DNA of 64,000 nucleotides from Candidatus Saccharimonadales bacterium (GCA_039928925.1 JBDSSF010000001.1:267837-331836); one strand, 5' to 3'; positions 26,812 to 37,773 are shown, numbered from the stretch's first letter. The notes: a model not told the origin generated them from the sequence alone. A program made the numbers and translations.

Positions 26812-27778
26812 TCTCACTTCACTCATTATTTTACTTGTGTTTGCTGTGGTTGCCGGGGCACTATACTTTAACCGCCAATGGGTGGTAGATGAATTGAGTA
26901 TTTGGCAGTTTAAACCAAGCAGCGAAGTAACAGCGCTTGCCGAAGGTTCTAGCTTAAATGACAATGGCAAATTTATCTATTACGCGAGTCAGCCCAGCAT
27001 AGAAAGTACACAGCATTTTAATGATGTCTGCGGCACTACCGAACAGTCAACTGCGATTTTAGGATGTTACTCAGCTCAGAGAATATATGTATATAACGTC
27101 ACTGATGTGCGACTTGATGGTATTAAAGAAGTTACCGCTGCGCATGAAATGTTACATGCTGCTTACCAGCGCCTTAGTGATGCGGATAGAAAAAACGTCG
27201 ATTCATTACTGGATGTTGAATATAACAAGCTCAAAGATGATGCGAAATTTGCTGAGCGAATAGCATTCTATGCAAGAAGTGAACCAGGTGAGCGTGACAA
27301 TGAGCTCCATTCCATTATTGGTACTGAAGTTGACTCGGTGAGTCCAGCTCTTGAATCATACTACAGTCGCTATTTTACTGATCGTAAAGTAGTGCTTGGT
27401 CATTACAGTAAATACTCTACTGTATTTAAAGAAATTGAAGACAAATCGAATGCACTATCTGCGAGCTTAACAACGCTAGGATCTAAAATCGAAAAGAATA
27501 CTGCACAATATAATAGTGATGTTAAATCACTTAATCAAGATATTCTTGATTTCAATACAAGGGCAAATAACGGTAGCTTCTCCTCGCAATCAGAATTTGC
27601 GTCTGAACGTGCTGCCCTTTCTGCGAGGACATCAGCACTTGATGTAAAGCGAGCTCAAATAGCAGCTGATCTTGTGACGTACGATGCACAGCGCAAAGAG
27701 CTACAGGCAATATCAAGTGAGTCAGCGGCGCTTAATCGTAGTATAGATAGTAAGCTTGCCCCAGCTCCTAGTTTGTAA
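26792..27778 (+). CDS. Membrane-anchored hypothetical protein with HExxH motif
   Basis: N-terminal TM helix (LIILLVFAVVAGALYF); VTAAHEMLHAAY; C-terminal coiled-coil-like region; overlaps the clpC stop by 20 nt. Confidence 0.55.
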   Translation: MSRAKSSLTSLIILLVFAVVAGALYFNRQWVVDELSIWQFKPSSEVTALAEGSSLNDNGKFIYYASQPSIESTQHFNDVCGTTEQSTAILGCYSAQRIYVYNVTDVRLDGIKEVTAAHEMLHAAYQRLSDADRKNVDSLLDVEYNKLKDDAKFAERIAFYARSEPGERDNELHSIIGTEVDSVSPALESYYSRYFTDRKVVLGHYSKYSTVFKEIEDKSNALSASLTTLGSKIEKNTAQYNSDVKSLNQDILDFNTRANNGSFSSQSEFASERAALSARTSALDVKRAQIAADLVTYDAQRKELQAISSESAALNRSIDSKLAPAPSL

Positions 27779-27801
27779 TAATATCAGGTATAATAAGGAC
27801 A

Positions 27802-29151
27802 ATGGTTAAATCAAAATCTCTTTTCATATGTCAGAATTGTGGCTCTAGTTACCCTAAATGGACAGGAAAATGTGATAACTGCGGCGAGTGGAACTCGCTT
27901 GTTGAACAGGCAGTCTCGAATGGCAAATCTGTTGTAGCAAGGGGTGCTAGCAGCGGCAAAGTTTTACAGCCACAAACAATGCAGTCAATTTCACTTGAAG
28001 ATACAGTCGCCAGACTTGCGACTGGCTTCTTGGATCTTGATGATGTACTTGGTGGTGGAATTTTACCTGGTGGAGTTATCCTCATGGCAGGACAGCCAGG
28101 TATTGGTAAAAGTACACTTCTTCTTCAGATGAGTGCGTATATAGCTGGTTCAGTACCGGTGCTTTATGCAAGTGGCGAGGAGTCAGCATCACAAGTAAAA
28201 CTCAGAGCAGAACGTCTAGGGGCAAACAAGAGTGAAGCGCTCAGCTTTGTTGCAAGCACCAGTGCCGATGATATTGCCGCAACAATTAGATCAGGTATTT
28301 ATAAACTTGTTATTATCGATTCTATACAGACGTTGAGTCTTGATGAAATTACGTCAGCGCCTGGTACAGTCAGTCAAATCACAAATAGTAGTAATGTCAT
28401 TATTCGTGCTGCTAAAGAATCTGGGGCAGCGGTCGTTCTTGTTGGTCACGTGACGAAAGAAGGTAGTATTGCAGGGCCTAAGGTACTTGAGCACCTTGTT
28501 GACGTTGTTCTGCAGTTTGAAGGTGATCGGTATGGTGGTTTTAAAGTTGTACGTGCAATAAAGAACCGGTTTGGCTCAACTGCCGAAGCTGCTATTTTTG
28601 AAATGGACGAAGGAGGTCTTCGATTAGTAACGAATCCTTCAGCTGCGCTTCTTGCTGAGCGACAAAACTCAGACGGATCAGTTGTTCTTGCGACCATAGA
28701 AGGGACAAGGCCGCTCCTCGTAGAGATTCAGGCACTTGTCAATCCGACTAATTTCGGGTATCCTAAACGTACTGCCAGTGGATTTGATCTAAATCGTCTT
28801 AACCTGTTGATCGCTGTACTTGAGCGACGCACTAAGTTGAATTTATCGGATAAAGACATTTATATCAATGTTGTTGGTGGACTAAAGCTCAGTGACCCAG
28901 CCGCAGATCTTGCAATATGCATTGCAATCGCAAGTGCCGCTGCCGGACGCAGATTAGGCGACGAGATTGTTGTATTTGGTGAAGTCGGTCTTGGTGGTGA
29001 AATCCGCAGTGTCGTTAGTAGTGACCGTCGTATAGCTGAAGCAAAAAAACTCGGATTTAAAGAAGCAATTGCGCCTAAGTCTACAAAAAAGAACTCATTT
29101 ATAAAGGGTGTTGGCGATCTTCGTCAGGCTCTCATAGACTATTTACAGTAG
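27802..29151 (+). CDS. radA: DNA repair protein RadA/Sms
   Basis: CQNCGSSYPKWTGKCDNCGEWNSL zinc finger, Walker A GQPGIGKST, KNRFG motif, Lon-like C-terminal domain. Confidence 0.92.
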   Translation: MVKSKSLFICQNCGSSYPKWTGKCDNCGEWNSLVEQAVSNGKSVVARGASSGKVLQPQTMQSISLEDTVARLATGFLDLDDVLGGGILPGGVILMAGQPGIGKSTLLLQMSAYIAGSVPVLYASGEESASQVKLRAERLGANKSEALSFVASTSADDIAATIRSGIYKLVIIDSIQTLSLDEITSAPGTVSQITNSSNVIIRAAKESGAAVVLVGHVTKEGSIAGPKVLEHLVDVVLQFEGDRYGGFKVVRAIKNRFGSTAEAAIFEMDEGGLRLVTNPSAALLAERQNSDGSVVLATIEGTRPLLVEIQALVNPTNFGYPKRTASGFDLNRLNLLIAVLERRTKLNLSDKDIYINVVGGLKLSDPAADLAICIAIASAAAGRRLGDEIVVFGEVGLGGEIRSVVSSDRRIAEAKKLGFKEAIAPKSTKKNSFIKGVGDLRQALIDYLQ

Positions 29152-29166
29152 TCAGAAAGAACATAC

Positions 29167-30165
29167 ATGGAATCAATAAATATCTCATTATTTCTAGCTA
29201 TTATTTTGCTAGCAATTCTTGCCGAAGTCACATACCTAGTGGTTAAATTACCTCGTCAAAATATTAACCGTAAACAATCTAGGCCGATCTTGGTAGATAC
29301 CTCAGTTCTCATCGATGCTCGTATTATTGCCGTTGCTCAATCTGGTTTCATTGGAGACACACTTGTTATACCACGTAGTGTTATTGGGGAATTACAATTT
29401 CTAGCAGATAACGCTGATCATGAAAAACGCACGCGTGCACGTCACGGACTCGATGTCGTCAAAGAACTACAGTCGATGCCTGAAGTAGTCGTAGAGATCC
29501 TCCAGGACGGTAGTAAGGCCGAAGAAGGCGTCGATGAACGTCTTTTAAATCTTGCAAAAAAATACAATGCAGTGATATGCACAATTGACTTCAACCTCAA
29601 TAAAGTCGCAACTGTCGAGGGTATCACAGTACTCAATGTTAATGAACTCGCAAAAAGTCTTCGTATGGCGTACCTTCCAGGTGAAAGAATGCTACTCGAG
29701 GTGACACAAAAAGGCCAGGACAAACATCAAGCTGTCGGGCACCTTACTGACGGCACGATGGTTGTCGTTGAACATGCATTTAAGCAAATAGGGAAAACAG
29801 TTGAAATAGAATTTATCCGAAGTTTACAAACGGCTGCTGGAAAGATGATGTTCGCAAGACTCGTTGAACTTGAAAAACCAGAGCCAAAGCAAACACCTGT
29901 AGAGGTGGTTATCGCAAAAGTTGAACGACCAGTTAAACAGCATATTGATCATTCAGATAGACAAACGAAAAAACCTGCCGGGAGACAGCAACCTGTAGTT
30001 TTCCATAGTGATGACCGTGATCAAAAACGTGTCGAGAGAACAAATCGTCCTTCTCGTGGTCCAAAAAATGATACCAAGAATCAACAGCCTCGTGTTTCTC
30101 ATAAACCAAAAACATCCGCTCAGCGTGAAGCAGCCTTGATTAACCTTGTCGATAGCCAAGATTAA
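29167..30165 (+). CDS. PIN + TRAM domain protein (YacL-like) with basic C-terminal tail
   Basis: N-terminal TM helix, PIN (ILVDTSVLIDARI...ICTIDFNLNKVA), TRAM (GERMLLEVTQKG...GKTVEIEF); position after radA as in Firmicutes. Confidence 0.8.
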   Translation: MESINISLFLAIILLAILAEVTYLVVKLPRQNINRKQSRPILVDTSVLIDARIIAVAQSGFIGDTLVIPRSVIGELQFLADNADHEKRTRARHGLDVVKELQSMPEVVVEILQDGSKAEEGVDERLLNLAKKYNAVICTIDFNLNKVATVEGITVLNVNELAKSLRMAYLPGERMLLEVTQKGQDKHQAVGHLTDGTMVVVEHAFKQIGKTVEIEFIRSLQTAAGKMMFARLVELEKPEPKQTPVEVVIAKVERPVKQHIDHSDRQTKKPAGRQQPVVFHSDDRDQKRVERTNRPSRGPKNDTKNQQPRVSHKPKTSAQREAALINLVDSQD

Positions 30166-30198
30166 TCGCTACTAGTTTTTCTTACTACCGTGTGCACT

Positions 30199-32847
30199 TC
30201 AAGGTGCAGCGACGAAGGTAGTTGTTGCTCCACCGGTATAGTAACCACTGTCTGTGGCTGTTGCTGTAACTGATACTGTTCCTGCAGCAGTTGGAGTGTA
30301 ACTTGTCACGTAGCTTCCGCCAGCTGGTAAGGTAGCTACGGCTGCACCACCAGCTGTGACATCAACTTGCTGAATTGGATCGGTACCTTGCGATACAGTG
30401 ATAGTTATCTTGTAAGAGTTTGCACCACCTGACCCAGAGCCTTTACCGCCGATAACTATATTGGAAACAGTTGGTTTAACGTCGGTACACTTATGGAAAT
30501 CATCATCTGCAGTTGCGTCGTATCCGTCAGGTGCAGTGATAACTTCTTTATTTGTAATCGGATCAATGATCTTATTAACATTCACATCAATCTTTGCACC
30601 ATCAGGTGTGCATGCTGCTGCTTTTTTCTTTGAAACCTTATCGAATGTTATTGACGCATTTGTTTGTGACTGAGCTTTGTTGTACCAAGAAGGGTATAGC
30701 TCGCCGTTTATTGTTTGGATACCGGCAGGGGCAGTAAACCAATCTCCAGGTTTCCATTTACCTTCCTGTTGGTAAACTTCTTTATGTGCGTACTCCATAA
30801 CCTTACCGATAATGATGGCAGGAAGTGAAGAGTTACCGTTTTTAAGAATCTGTGTATCTGGGTTACCAAGCCATACGCCCATTGTGATGGCTGTGCTATA
30901 GCTCATGTTCCAGATATCTTTAGCTTGTCCGTCTTTGTCTGAAGTACCAGTCTTAGTGGCTGTACGCACTCCTGGAACGACAAGGCCGTAGAAGTTGCGA
31001 CCATAGAGCCCCGAACGTGCATTATCATCGTTTAGGATATCACTGACTATATAAGCAGCTTGTGGGTCAACGATTTGTTTACTTTCATCTTTCCACTGCT
31101 TAATGACCTCGCCGCCGCTATTTTTAACTTCAAGAACAGTGCTTGTTGGCTTATAGACACCACCACGTGAGAGTGACGCAAATGCGTTGACGTGATCGAT
31201 TTGTCTCGTTCCACATCCACCAATAGCAGCTGAGAGCCCAGCTTGAGCATCGGCACCTTGTGTACAGTAATTTGTATCACCCATATCACGAATTGTCTTC
31301 ATCGTTGCGTCTTGTCCTGCAACGTACATTGCTTTAACCGCAGGAACATTTCTTGATAGGGCTAAGCTTTTGCGGATAGGTATGTTGCCCAGGAACTTGC
31401 CATCTGCATCGCGGAGCGGAGCACCGTATTGTTTTGCGAAGTCATTTGCGTCAGACAAAATACTCCCACTACCGTAGTTTTGCTTGCCAGCTGGTTGCTT
31501 AGAAAAGAGCTGAGCATAGACAAGAGGCTTGATGGTTGAACCTGGCTGGATATATGCCATGGCTGCGTTATCTTGGCCGAACCCTGGATAGTTGAAGTCC
31601 CTACTGCCGACCATTGCTATAATTTGTCCAGTTTGACTATCTTCGACAGTTGCCGCACCATTTGAGAATCCTGCACTTACTGGTGTCTTGGAGTTGAACA
31701 TATCAGTCATAGCTTGTTCTGTCTTTGTCTGAATACGAAGGTCGAGCGTCGTCTTTACTGTAAGGCCACCGCGACCAACAGTAGCTTTACCTAGCTCTTG
31801 TTCTAACTGTGAGCGAACCATTTGCACAAAGTGAGGTGCTTTAATATCTTTGAACTGATCACTTTCTGGTTTGATTGTGTCAAGGATAGGGTACTTTTTA
31901 GCATCGTCACCCTCTTTTTGCGTGACGTATCCCTGGGTCACCATGTTATCTATGACCTTATGCTGGCGTGAGATTAGGGCATCATGACCCTCAGTGTTAT
32001 ATGGATCATATAGTCCAGGTTGGTTTGGAATTGCTGCGAGAAGAGCTGCTTCTGGTAATGTCAGATCTTTTGATGATTTACCAAAATAAGTCTGTGCACC
32101 GGACTCAACTCCGTTACGGCGTCCACCATAAGGAGATTCATTTAGGTACAGATCAAGAATTTGATCCTTGTCGTACATGCGTTCAACTTCGATAGCTAAG
32201 ATAATTTCCTTAATTTTTCGAGGTATACCATCAAGCCCACGCGCTTGAGCCTGGTCGGCGAAAAAGACCTGCTTAACTAATTGTTGCGTCAGAGTTGAAC
32301 CACCCTGGACGCTTTGACCACTTGCATTATTAAGAAGTGATCGAGCGATACCACTTGGACTAATTCCACCGTGCTTATAAAAATCCTGGTCCTCGATAGC
32401 GACGGTTGCTTCTTTCATTAGCTTGCTAATGTTATTACCATCAACTACTAGAGTATAGTTGCCGTCACCCTTATCTTCCCAGAGAAGCTGATCATTACGG
32501 TCATAATACTTCGTGACAGTTGTCTGAACTCGTTTTGCAAGTTCACCGGGACGAATCGCATCAAGATCTTTGCGGTAATAGGCAAATAGTGCACCAACTG
32601 CAAGAACCATGAACAGGACACCGATACCAACGATCTTAAGTGCCATAAATGCACCCTTTTTACTAAACCAGTATCCAGCAACGCGTTTTGGATGCAGTCG
32701 ATAGAGAAGACGCTTAACGGGATGCTTTGGAAGCGTAGCTAAATACTCAGCACGTTTTCGTGCTGCGCCGTCTTTTTTCGTTTTACGTTTATGAGCTAAG
32801 TTAGAGTACACGCTCATGTTGCGTGATTTAGTAGATTTTTTGGTCAC
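30199..32847 (-). CDS. Class A penicillin-binding protein (PBP1A-type transglycosylase/transpeptidase) with C-terminal extension
   Basis: GT51 motifs EDQDFYKHGG and GGSTLTQQ; transpeptidase GSTIKP (SxxK); N-terminal TM anchor; Thr/Gly-rich tail; start codon (GTG 32847) uncertain. Confidence 0.9.
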   Translation of the reverse strand: MTKKSTKSRNMSVYSNLAHKRKTKKDGAARKRAEYLATLPKHPVKRLLYRLHPKRVAGYWFSKKGAFMALKIVGIGVLFMVLAVGALFAYYRKDLDAIRPGELAKRVQTTVTKYYDRNDQLLWEDKGDGNYTLVVDGNNISKLMKEATVAIEDQDFYKHGGISPSGIARSLLNNASGQSVQGGSTLTQQLVKQVFFADQAQARGLDGIPRKIKEIILAIEVERMYDKDQILDLYLNESPYGGRRNGVESGAQTYFGKSSKDLTLPEAALLAAIPNQPGLYDPYNTEGHDALISRQHKVIDNMVTQGYVTQKEGDDAKKYPILDTIKPESDQFKDIKAPHFVQMVRSQLEQELGKATVGRGGLTVKTTLDLRIQTKTEQAMTDMFNSKTPVSAGFSNGAATVEDSQTGQIIAMVGSRDFNYPGFGQDNAAMAYIQPGSTIKPLVYAQLFSKQPAGKQNYGSGSILSDANDFAKQYGAPLRDADGKFLGNIPIRKSLALSRNVPAVKAMYVAGQDATMKTIRDMGDTNYCTQGADAQAGLSAAIGGCGTRQIDHVNAFASLSRGGVYKPTSTVLEVKNSGGEVIKQWKDESKQIVDPQAAYIVSDILNDDNARSGLYGRNFYGLVVPGVRTATKTGTSDKDGQAKDIWNMSYSTAITMGVWLGNPDTQILKNGNSSLPAIIIGKVMEYAHKEVYQQEGKWKPGDWFTAPAGIQTINGELYPSWYNKAQSQTNASITFDKVSKKKAAACTPDGAKIDVNVNKIIDPITNKEVITAPDGYDATADDDFHKCTDVKPTVSNIVIGGKGSGSGGANSYKITITVSQGTDPIQQVDVTAGGAAVATLPAGGSYVTSYTPTAAGTVSVTATATDSGYYTGGATTTFVAAP

Positions 32848-32954
32848 GTATATTTACTTCCCATAAGCAGTATTATCATCCATTATAGCACTTTTATTCG
32901 CGTGACTAGGTCTTTTTTTGCTATACTGACAGGTAATGACAGATAGGAGATAAA

Positions 32955-34169
32955 ATGACACTTTCCGAAGAATTAGCCTGGCGTGGGTTTGTAAATCAAA
33001 TGACTTTTACCGACATAACTGAACTTGACGGTAAGCCTATCTCTTTTTATTTTGGCGTGGATCCAAGTGCTGATAGTATGACTATCGGTAATTTAGCTGC
33101 AGCAATGATGGTTCGACACTTTATTGATCATGGGCATAAGGCATATCTGCTTGTCGGTGGTGCTACGGGTATTATTGGAGATCCTGATGGCAAAAAAGAT
33201 GAAAGAAACCTAAAAACCCTTGATGAAATTGCTAAAAATAAGGCTGGGATTGCAGCGCAGTATAACCAGGTTTTTGCAGGTAAAGATTTCACAATTGTCG
33301 ATAACTACGATTGGTTCAAAAATATTAATTTCATTGATTTTCTAAGAGACGTTGGAAAAAATGTCCCAACGAGTCAAATGCTTGGTCGTGATTTCGTACA
33401 GTCACGGCTTGGTGACGGCGGTGCTGGCATTAGCTATGCTGAGTTTAGCTACTCACTCATTCAGGGGTATGACTTCGTTCATTTATCAAGAGAATATAAT
33501 GTTACTCTGCAACTTTGTGGAGCTGATCAATGGGGCAACTCACTTGCTGGAGTCGATCTCATACGTCGCATGGATGGTAAAGAAGCACACGTATACTCAA
33601 TACCACTCGTTATTAATAAATCAACAGGCGTTAAGTTTGGTAAGAGCGAAGGTGGTGCTATTTGGCTTGATCCTAGAAAAACAAGTGTTTACCAGTTTTA
33701 TCAATTCTGGCTTAACGTCGATGATGCTGGAGTTATCGATTATGCTAAGGTATACACAATCCTTGGTAAAGACGAGCTTGAAGCTCTTGAGAGCAAGCAC
33801 CAAAGTAATCCCGGCGCTCGTGATGCTCAAAAAGCGCTCGCGCATGAAGTGACGACACTAGTTCACGGTAAGGCTCGCACGGAATCTGTCGAGCGTGTGA
33901 CTAATGTTCTCTTTGGAGATCTAAAAGTAAATGCACTCAGTGATGACGATCTAGACGCACTCGCAGCAGAGATTCCATCTGTCGATGCTGGTAAGTCTGT
34001 CGTAGAGGCGCTTATCTTAGCTGGAGCAGCGACAAGTAATGGTGGAGCACGACGCCTAATCGAAAGTGGTGCGGTGTCAGTGAATAGTGAAAAAGTGACC
34101 GTTGATCATGCAATCACGGCACTATCACTTCTTAAAAAAGGTAAAAATAACTTTATCCTTGTTCGTTAA
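32955..34169 (+). CDS. tyrS: Tyrosyl-tRNA synthetase
   Basis: Class I core with KFGKSEG (KMSKS-type) motif and C-terminal S4-like domain; SD GGAG upstream. Confidence 0.92.
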   Translation: MTLSEELAWRGFVNQMTFTDITELDGKPISFYFGVDPSADSMTIGNLAAAMMVRHFIDHGHKAYLLVGGATGIIGDPDGKKDERNLKTLDEIAKNKAGIAAQYNQVFAGKDFTIVDNYDWFKNINFIDFLRDVGKNVPTSQMLGRDFVQSRLGDGGAGISYAEFSYSLIQGYDFVHLSREYNVTLQLCGADQWGNSLAGVDLIRRMDGKEAHVYSIPLVINKSTGVKFGKSEGGAIWLDPRKTSVYQFYQFWLNVDDAGVIDYAKVYTILGKDELEALESKHQSNPGARDAQKALAHEVTTLVHGKARTESVERVTNVLFGDLKVNALSDDDLDALAAEIPSVDAGKSVVEALILAGAATSNGGARRLIESGAVSVNSEKVTVDHAITALSLLKKGKNNFILVR

Positions 34170-34213
34170 GCCGCCTGGCGGAAATGCGGCTCTTTGTTAC
34201 ACTAGTAGCAGTC

Positions 34214-36247
34214 ATGAACATGTCAACATCGCTCGACAAGGTTAAAGGCATCGGTCCAAAGACCGGTGAGCAGTTTGCTCTTGCTGGTCTACGAACAGTT
34301 GGGGATCTTATCGATTTTCTTCCCCGAGCGCATGAGGACTTCTCGGAGGTGGTATCAATTATCGATGCAACTCCAGGTAAGATGACCATTAAAGCGAGAT
34401 GCGAAAAAATTGCCACTCGACCAGTTCGTCGTGGGCTGCGTATTACAACTGCAACTCTTGCTGACGACACAGGTAAGCTACAAGCAGTTTGGTTTAATCA
34501 GCCATATAGAGCAACGCAGCTTGCGAAGTCAGAAGGCGAATTCTATTTTTCTGGCGAGTTTGAATTTAACTACAATAGATATCAACTTACTAACCCGAGT
34601 GCGGAAAAAGTTAGTGACATGCCCGTACAAACCGATCGTCTACTCCCGGTCTACCGTGCAATCAAAGGGCTAAAGAGCCCACTTGTGCGTAAGATTTTAG
34701 CTGAGCTACGCCCGCTCATGACAATGCTACCCGATACACTTCCAGATAACATTGTTACATCCGAGAAACTATTAACACGATCCAATGCTGTTCTTGGGAT
34801 GCATTTTCCAAAAACAGCCCAGGATATCAAAGATGCAAGGGAAAGACTCGCTTTCGAGGAACTGTTTCAGTTACTTCTTGCGAGTCAGTTCAACCGACAA
34901 GAAAATGCAGCGCTTGTTGGATGGCACATACCATTTGATCAATCAATCGTTGCGGGATTCGTAAAGCAATTGCCATTTGAGTTAACCGGAGCTCAGCGCC
35001 GGGCTGCATGGGAAATTATTCAGGACTTTGAGCGCAAAGTGCCCATGAACCGTTTACTTCAGGGTGATGTCGGGTCGGGAAAGACAGTAGTTGCTGGTCT
35101 TGCGGCCAGGCAGGCAGCCCACGCAGGATTTCAAACTGCTCTCATGGCACCGACTGAGATCCTCGCAACGCAGCATGCTGAGACGCTCTCAAGACTTCTT
35201 GAACCATTCGATGTAAAAGTAGGTTTACTTACGGGTAGCGTAAAAGGTGTCGCACGTAAAACACTTTATGAGCAGATATATAATGGCTCAGTTGATGTTG
35301 TCGTAGGGACACACGCCCTTATTCAAGAAACGGTACACTTTAATAAACTTGGTTTCGTTGTCATTGACGAACAACATAGATTCGGAGTTGCTCAGCGACA
35401 GGAACTACTTAAAAAATCCAAGCACATGCCACATCTACTTGCGATGACGGCGACGCCAATTCCTCGTAGCCTCGCGCTAACAGTTTATGGAGAGTTAGAT
35501 GTATCTATTCTCAATGAACTGCCAAAAGGCAGAAAGCCAATTGAAACTAAAATCTGGTCTCCCAATAGTCGCGCTCAGTTATACGATAAAGTTGATATTG
35601 AAATCGCTAGCGGCAGGCAGGCATATGTTATTTGTACATTGATTGATGATAACCCAGATAATGAAATAAAGAGTGTACAGGCTGAATTCAAGAAGCTGCA
35701 AAATTCAGTATTTAAACATCGTCGTATCGGGTTACTGCATGGCAAATTAAAATCTGAAGAAAAAGAAGCAGTCATGTCGTCGTTTTCTAGAGGTGATATA
35801 GACATTCTTGTGAGTACAACTGTTGTTGAGGTGGGCGTTGATGTACCAAATGCTACCATTATGCTCATTGAAAACGCAGATCGATTTGGTCTCAGCCAGC
35901 TGCACCAGTTACGTGGACGCGTCGGGCGTTCATCACATCAAAGTTATTGTTATCTAATTATGAGCGATAGCAGCAAGCCAACAGCAAGATTAAAAGAGGT
36001 AGAAAAATCAAATGATGGTTTTTATCTTGCCGAGGTTGATCTGAAGCTACGTGGACCGGGCGAGATCTATGGGCGATCGCAGCACGGGGCTTTAAACCTA
36101 CAAATTGCAACTCTTGGTGACACGAAGCTAATTGCAAGAGCACAAAAGCAAGCTCGTCGATTCGTCGAAAGTGGTGCTGATTTGCTACAATATAAACAGT
36201 TAGCTGATCAAGTGTCTAAATATCAAAGGTTAACGACGCTAAATTAA
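34214..36247 (+). CDS. recG: ATP-dependent DNA helicase RecG
   Basis: Wedge domain plus SF2 helicase motifs (GDVGSGKT, DEQHRFG, TATPIPR, QLHQLRGRVGR); ORF track start is 34184, but ATG 34214 lies after a hairpin (GCCGC-N11-GCGGC) and is preferred. Confidence 0.9.
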   Translation: MNMSTSLDKVKGIGPKTGEQFALAGLRTVGDLIDFLPRAHEDFSEVVSIIDATPGKMTIKARCEKIATRPVRRGLRITTATLADDTGKLQAVWFNQPYRATQLAKSEGEFYFSGEFEFNYNRYQLTNPSAEKVSDMPVQTDRLLPVYRAIKGLKSPLVRKILAELRPLMTMLPDTLPDNIVTSEKLLTRSNAVLGMHFPKTAQDIKDARERLAFEELFQLLLASQFNRQENAALVGWHIPFDQSIVAGFVKQLPFELTGAQRRAAWEIIQDFERKVPMNRLLQGDVGSGKTVVAGLAARQAAHAGFQTALMAPTEILATQHAETLSRLLEPFDVKVGLLTGSVKGVARKTLYEQIYNGSVDVVVGTHALIQETVHFNKLGFVVIDEQHRFGVAQRQELLKKSKHMPHLLAMTATPIPRSLALTVYGELDVSILNELPKGRKPIETKIWSPNSRAQLYDKVDIEIASGRQAYVICTLIDDNPDNEIKSVQAEFKKLQNSVFKHRRIGLLHGKLKSEEKEAVMSSFSRGDIDILVSTTVVEVGVDVPNATIMLIENADRFGLSQLHQLRGRVGRSSHQSYCYLIMSDSSKPTARLKEVEKSNDGFYLAEVDLKLRGPGEIYGRSQHGALNLQIATLGDTKLIARAQKQARRFVESGADLLQYKQLADQVSKYQRLTTLN

Positions 36248-36257
36248 ACACAAATTT

Positions 36258-37067
36258 ATGTATTCTGGAACTACACTACGTACAAAATCTGGTCTATTGA
36301 TGGGTGTGCATCAAAAGATTGATCGTGTCGCTCGTCGCCACATCAAGCCGTACCTCTCAAGGGAGGCTCATTTTCCAGTTATTCACGACATCCTTCATTT
36401 CGAAGGATTAAATGGTCCAGACGGTATCAAACGCAAAAGCCCTGCACGTGACGAGCCGTGGCACTACGTTGATCCATCAAACGGATCAGATCGTGAACTT
36501 ATTACTATGATTCTCGACCACATCGAGAACTTATCTGTCGCACTGCGTGACAATAACAATGAACGTGCTGCGTTTGAAGCTGCATGGATGGCTCATGCTA
36601 TTACAGATGGTCTCACGCCAGCTCATCACTACCCACTTGAAGAAAAATTAGAGGAACTTCGTGGCGGTGAAGGACTTGAAACGCGTACATCGACAAAAGA
36701 TAAACTTGTCATTCCTGGCAAAAATCGTCGCGAACAACTACGTAATAACTGGGAATTTTGGGGTGCTAAGGGAGTCATGACGACACACCTTGCATTCGAA
36801 ATGGGCGTTGCGACAACGATCGTTTCAGCACGTTTTGAGGATGCTGGTCCATCTCAAAATGATATTATTCGACTTCAAAGTGACGGATTTGAAGCATTGT
36901 TTCACGAAGCTCTTCAGCGTGTGGCTCATATGAAAATGTATGAAGAGTTTGGCCGACTTGGCTGGACTCGGCACCTAGCGATTGAAACAAACGAAACGCT
37001 TATACCTGAAATTATTAAAACAGTTGTACTTGGTTGGTATCAGGCAACGATTAAAGCCAAAAAATAG
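36258..37067 (+). CDS. Hypothetical His-rich protein (possibly zinc-dependent phospholipase C / S1-P1 nuclease-like fold)
   Basis: Scattered conserved-looking His (HQKIDRVARRH, PWHYVD, AHAITDGLTPAHH); assignment weak. Confidence 0.45.
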   Translation: MYSGTTLRTKSGLLMGVHQKIDRVARRHIKPYLSREAHFPVIHDILHFEGLNGPDGIKRKSPARDEPWHYVDPSNGSDRELITMILDHIENLSVALRDNNNERAAFEAAWMAHAITDGLTPAHHYPLEEKLEELRGGEGLETRTSTKDKLVIPGKNRREQLRNNWEFWGAKGVMTTHLAFEMGVATTIVSARFEDAGPSQNDIIRLQSDGFEALFHEALQRVAHMKMYEEFGRLGWTRHLAIETNETLIPEIIKTVVLGWYQATIKAKK

Positions 37068-37069
37068 AT

Positions 37070-37618
37070 ATGAACATTCGAATCATAAGCGGGACATATG
37101 GTGGTCGCCAAATTGAGGCACCTGACGGCTCTCAAACACATCCAATGAGTGAGCGAATTCGAAACGCGCTATTTAATAGTTTGGGTCAGTTAGTAAAAGA
37201 TGCCACTGTGCTCGACGCATTTGCGGGTACGGGTGCTGTCGGGTTAGAAGCGCTAAGTCGTGGAGCGAAAAAGGTGACATTTGTTGAGCGTGATCGTATA
37301 GCACAAAAAGTACTCGCGCGTAATATTGAAGTGCTCGGAGCAGCTGATCAGGCAAACATTATCAGGTCGAGTCTTGGTAGTTGGTTACAAAAAAATGACG
37401 TACAAAAGTACGATATTATTTTCGCTGATCCACCCTATCATGACACACAGTTTTCCACAGTATCAGAATTATTTGCACTATTAAAACCAAGTGGATATAT
37501 GATATTATCACATCCAGGTAGGGGTGAGTTGCCAACCAAAAACGGAGTTGTTGTGGTGGACAATCGTAGTTATGGAAACGCGGTACTCACCTTCTACCGC
37601 CGTGATAGCGCTGTTTAG
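37070..37618 (+). CDS. rsmD: 16S rRNA (guanine966-N2)-methyltransferase RsmD
   Basis: RIISGTYGGR, DAFAGTGAVGLEALSRGA, FADPPY motifs. Confidence 0.85.
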   Translation: MNIRIISGTYGGRQIEAPDGSQTHPMSERIRNALFNSLGQLVKDATVLDAFAGTGAVGLEALSRGAKKVTFVERDRIAQKVLARNIEVLGAADQANIIRSSLGSWLQKNDVQKYDIIFADPPYHDTQFSTVSELFALLKPSGYMILSHPGRGELPTKNGVVVVDNRSYGNAVLTFYRRDSAV

Positions 37619-37773
37619 GCGTTTTTTTTATGACTCAAAATAATCCCTCGAAATTTCGAGGGATTACAGACTTATGACGTATCCAAAGTCGTCGATAACA
37701 TCAACGCATTTGGATACGAGAGGCGGGGGCCATCTCGCACCACCAAGAGCCAGGTATCGCTCAGGTCGTCGGC

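Noticed and set aside
32848-32954. Possible T-box leader upstream of tyrS (and likewise upstream of hisS)
   Set aside because: The leaders are only ~100 nt and ~40 nt, too short for a T-box, and show no specifier/T-box sequence.
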